Source of the DNA: Camelus dromedarius
Lineage: Eukaryota
Assembly (NCBI RefSeq): GCF_036321535.1
Contig: NC_087437.1
Location: forward strand, 119,724,001 to 119,788,000
Direction of reading: 5' to 3'
Length of the DNA: 64,000 nucleotides
This document shows, one piece after another, positions 62,810 through 64,000 of the stretch. The notes beneath the pieces were generated by a model. It was not told the DNA's origin, searched no databases, and saw only the letters and a list, made by a program, of their open reading frames with translations. The first letter of the stretch is position 1; the number at the start of each line of letters is the position of its first letter. The position numbers and the translations under genes were made by a program.

Positions 62810-63200
62810 TTTTGTTTTTATAGTTTTTTTAAGACATCATTTTGACATAATTTGAGACTCACAAAATGGTTGCAAAAGTAGTACAAAGAATTCCCTCTTG
62901 TTTTATCATTCCCCCTTCCTCCCCCTTTCCCTGCCTCTCTCGCACACGCACACACACACACACATATGCTATGAATATTCACATGCATTTATTCCCAAAC
63001 CACGTAAGAGTAAGTTGCAGACATTGTGCCCCTTACCATTAGCTGTGTACTCAGTGTGTGTTCCCTGAAGGCAAGGAAGTCCTGATGTGACCGCAGCACA
63101 GCTGTCAGAAGCAAGAAGTTAACGCTGATACAATATTAGTATCCACAAGCCTCACTCGTATTTTACTAAATATTTTTATAGCATAGGAATATCTAAGACT
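62810..63200 (-). mobile_element. Old L1 (L1MC-like) 3' end with embedded (CA)n
   Basis: ttttgacataatttgagactcacaaaatggttgcaaaagtagtacaaagaattccc ... gtaagttgcagacattgtgcccctta ... tgatacaatatta. Confidence 0.65.
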
Positions 63201-63518
63201 GTGCGTTAGATTCAGATTACTTTATAACCATTTTTAATGGGATTGTTGGAGCAAAAGAGTGAACATTTTAATGTCGACAAGCTTTTAGATCGGCTTCCTA
63301 AAACCTCGTTCCAGTTTTGCCCTCACCAGCACCAAGTGCCAGGCTTTTCACCCCTCGCCAGTCTGGTGGCCGAGAACGCGGGTCTCCCGGTTAGCTTGTT
63401 TCTTGCGTTTTGAGTCAGGCGTGGCGCTCCGCTGTGTGTTTGCGGGCCTGGGTGCCTCGGGCGGCCACGTCCCAGAGCCCTCCTCACCGGGAACCGTGTG
63501 TCATCTGTCTCGCCGCAG

Positions 63519-63616
63519 GGGCGGCCCTGGGCCCGCTGCTGGCCGGGCTCATCTCCCCGTCCGGATGGAGCAACGTGTTCTACATGCTGATGTTCGCAGA
63601 CGCCTGCGCCCTACTG
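63519..63616 (+). CDS. SLC37A1: SLC37A1 coding exon 17 (GAALGPLLAGLISPSGWSNVFYMLMFADACALL)
   Basis: ccgcag|GG ... CTG|gtaagc; 98 nt; the CDS continues beyond the window. Confidence 0.96.
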
Positions 63617-64000
63617 GTAAGCAGCTCGCTGGCGGCGCAGGCAGCTCCCGCGGGTGTCTCGTGCCTGCTGCCCCGCCGCTCCCTCCCGCGGACTCCTGCA
63701 GGTCTCAGGGAGTCCGGTCTGTCACACGCCCAGGGACCCTAAATGTTTGCGGTCCAAGGCCCTTTCTCCTTCTGGTCTAAACAGACGTCCGAACCACCCT
63801 GCGGTTCCCAGCAGACTGGTGGCAAGGCCACAAACGGGGGTGCCCTGCCTGGGACCCTGAGCCTGTTGGCTGTCCCGTGCGAGTGCCCCTCTGTTCCACA
63901 GCGTCCACGTGTTAAGTGGGCAGAGTGCTGGCCCCGGTGACGGGATGACTGTGGGAGCTAAAGGGGACAGTGCCCTGAAGCTGACTTCCAAGACAGTGCT

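Larger units (their letters stand above)
8750..63616 (+). other. SLC37A1: SLC37A1 gene body (sugar-phosphate/phosphate exchanger, MFS OPA/GlpT family); 3' end lies beyond the window
   Basis: 17 exons with canonical AG/GT ends and compatible phases give 507 codons with no stop (MARLPPGIRFIISFSRDQWYRAFIFILTF...ADACALL). This is colinear with mammalian SLC37A1 as I recall it and includes the GlpT-like motif RGLIMGVWNSHTSVG. The 5' boundary is approximate. Confidence 0.96.

Noticed and set aside
1..64000. CRISPR arrays, operons, rRNA genes, NUMTs or viral coding genes
   Set aside because: None seen; the window is explained by one spliced gene plus mammalian interspersed repeats.

Overview
This is mammalian genomic DNA, not prokaryotic. 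A tRNA-Ala-derived Vic-1-type SINE suggests a camelid (camel, llama or alpaca). The window holds most of one + strand gene, SLC37A1, an ER MFS sugar-phosphate/Pi exchanger of the GlpT/UhpT/OPA family. It has a CpG-island promoter with a probable non-coding first exon (about 8.3-9.4 kb). Seventeen GT-AG coding exons run from the ATG at 13098 to 63616 and splice into an uninterrupted 1521-nt (507-codon) frame. The last ~26 codons and the 3'UTR lie beyond the window. Introns carry ordinary eutherian repeats (L1, L2, MIR, MLT1, MER2B, MER5, MER20, an ERV1-like LTR). Almost all ORF-track entries are chance GC-rich or repeat-derived ORFs. I found no convincing novel multi-gene system. The best leads are a 63-codon out-of-frame uORF overlapping the start codon across three exons, a twin-primed 5'-inverted L1, a probable antisense retrocopied 3'UTR fragment, a candidate uORF-bearing cassette exon or recursive-type splice site in intron 1, and an identical 14-mer in front of two different acceptors. 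Repeat family names and comparisons with the human protein come from my recollection of the sequences, not from a database search.
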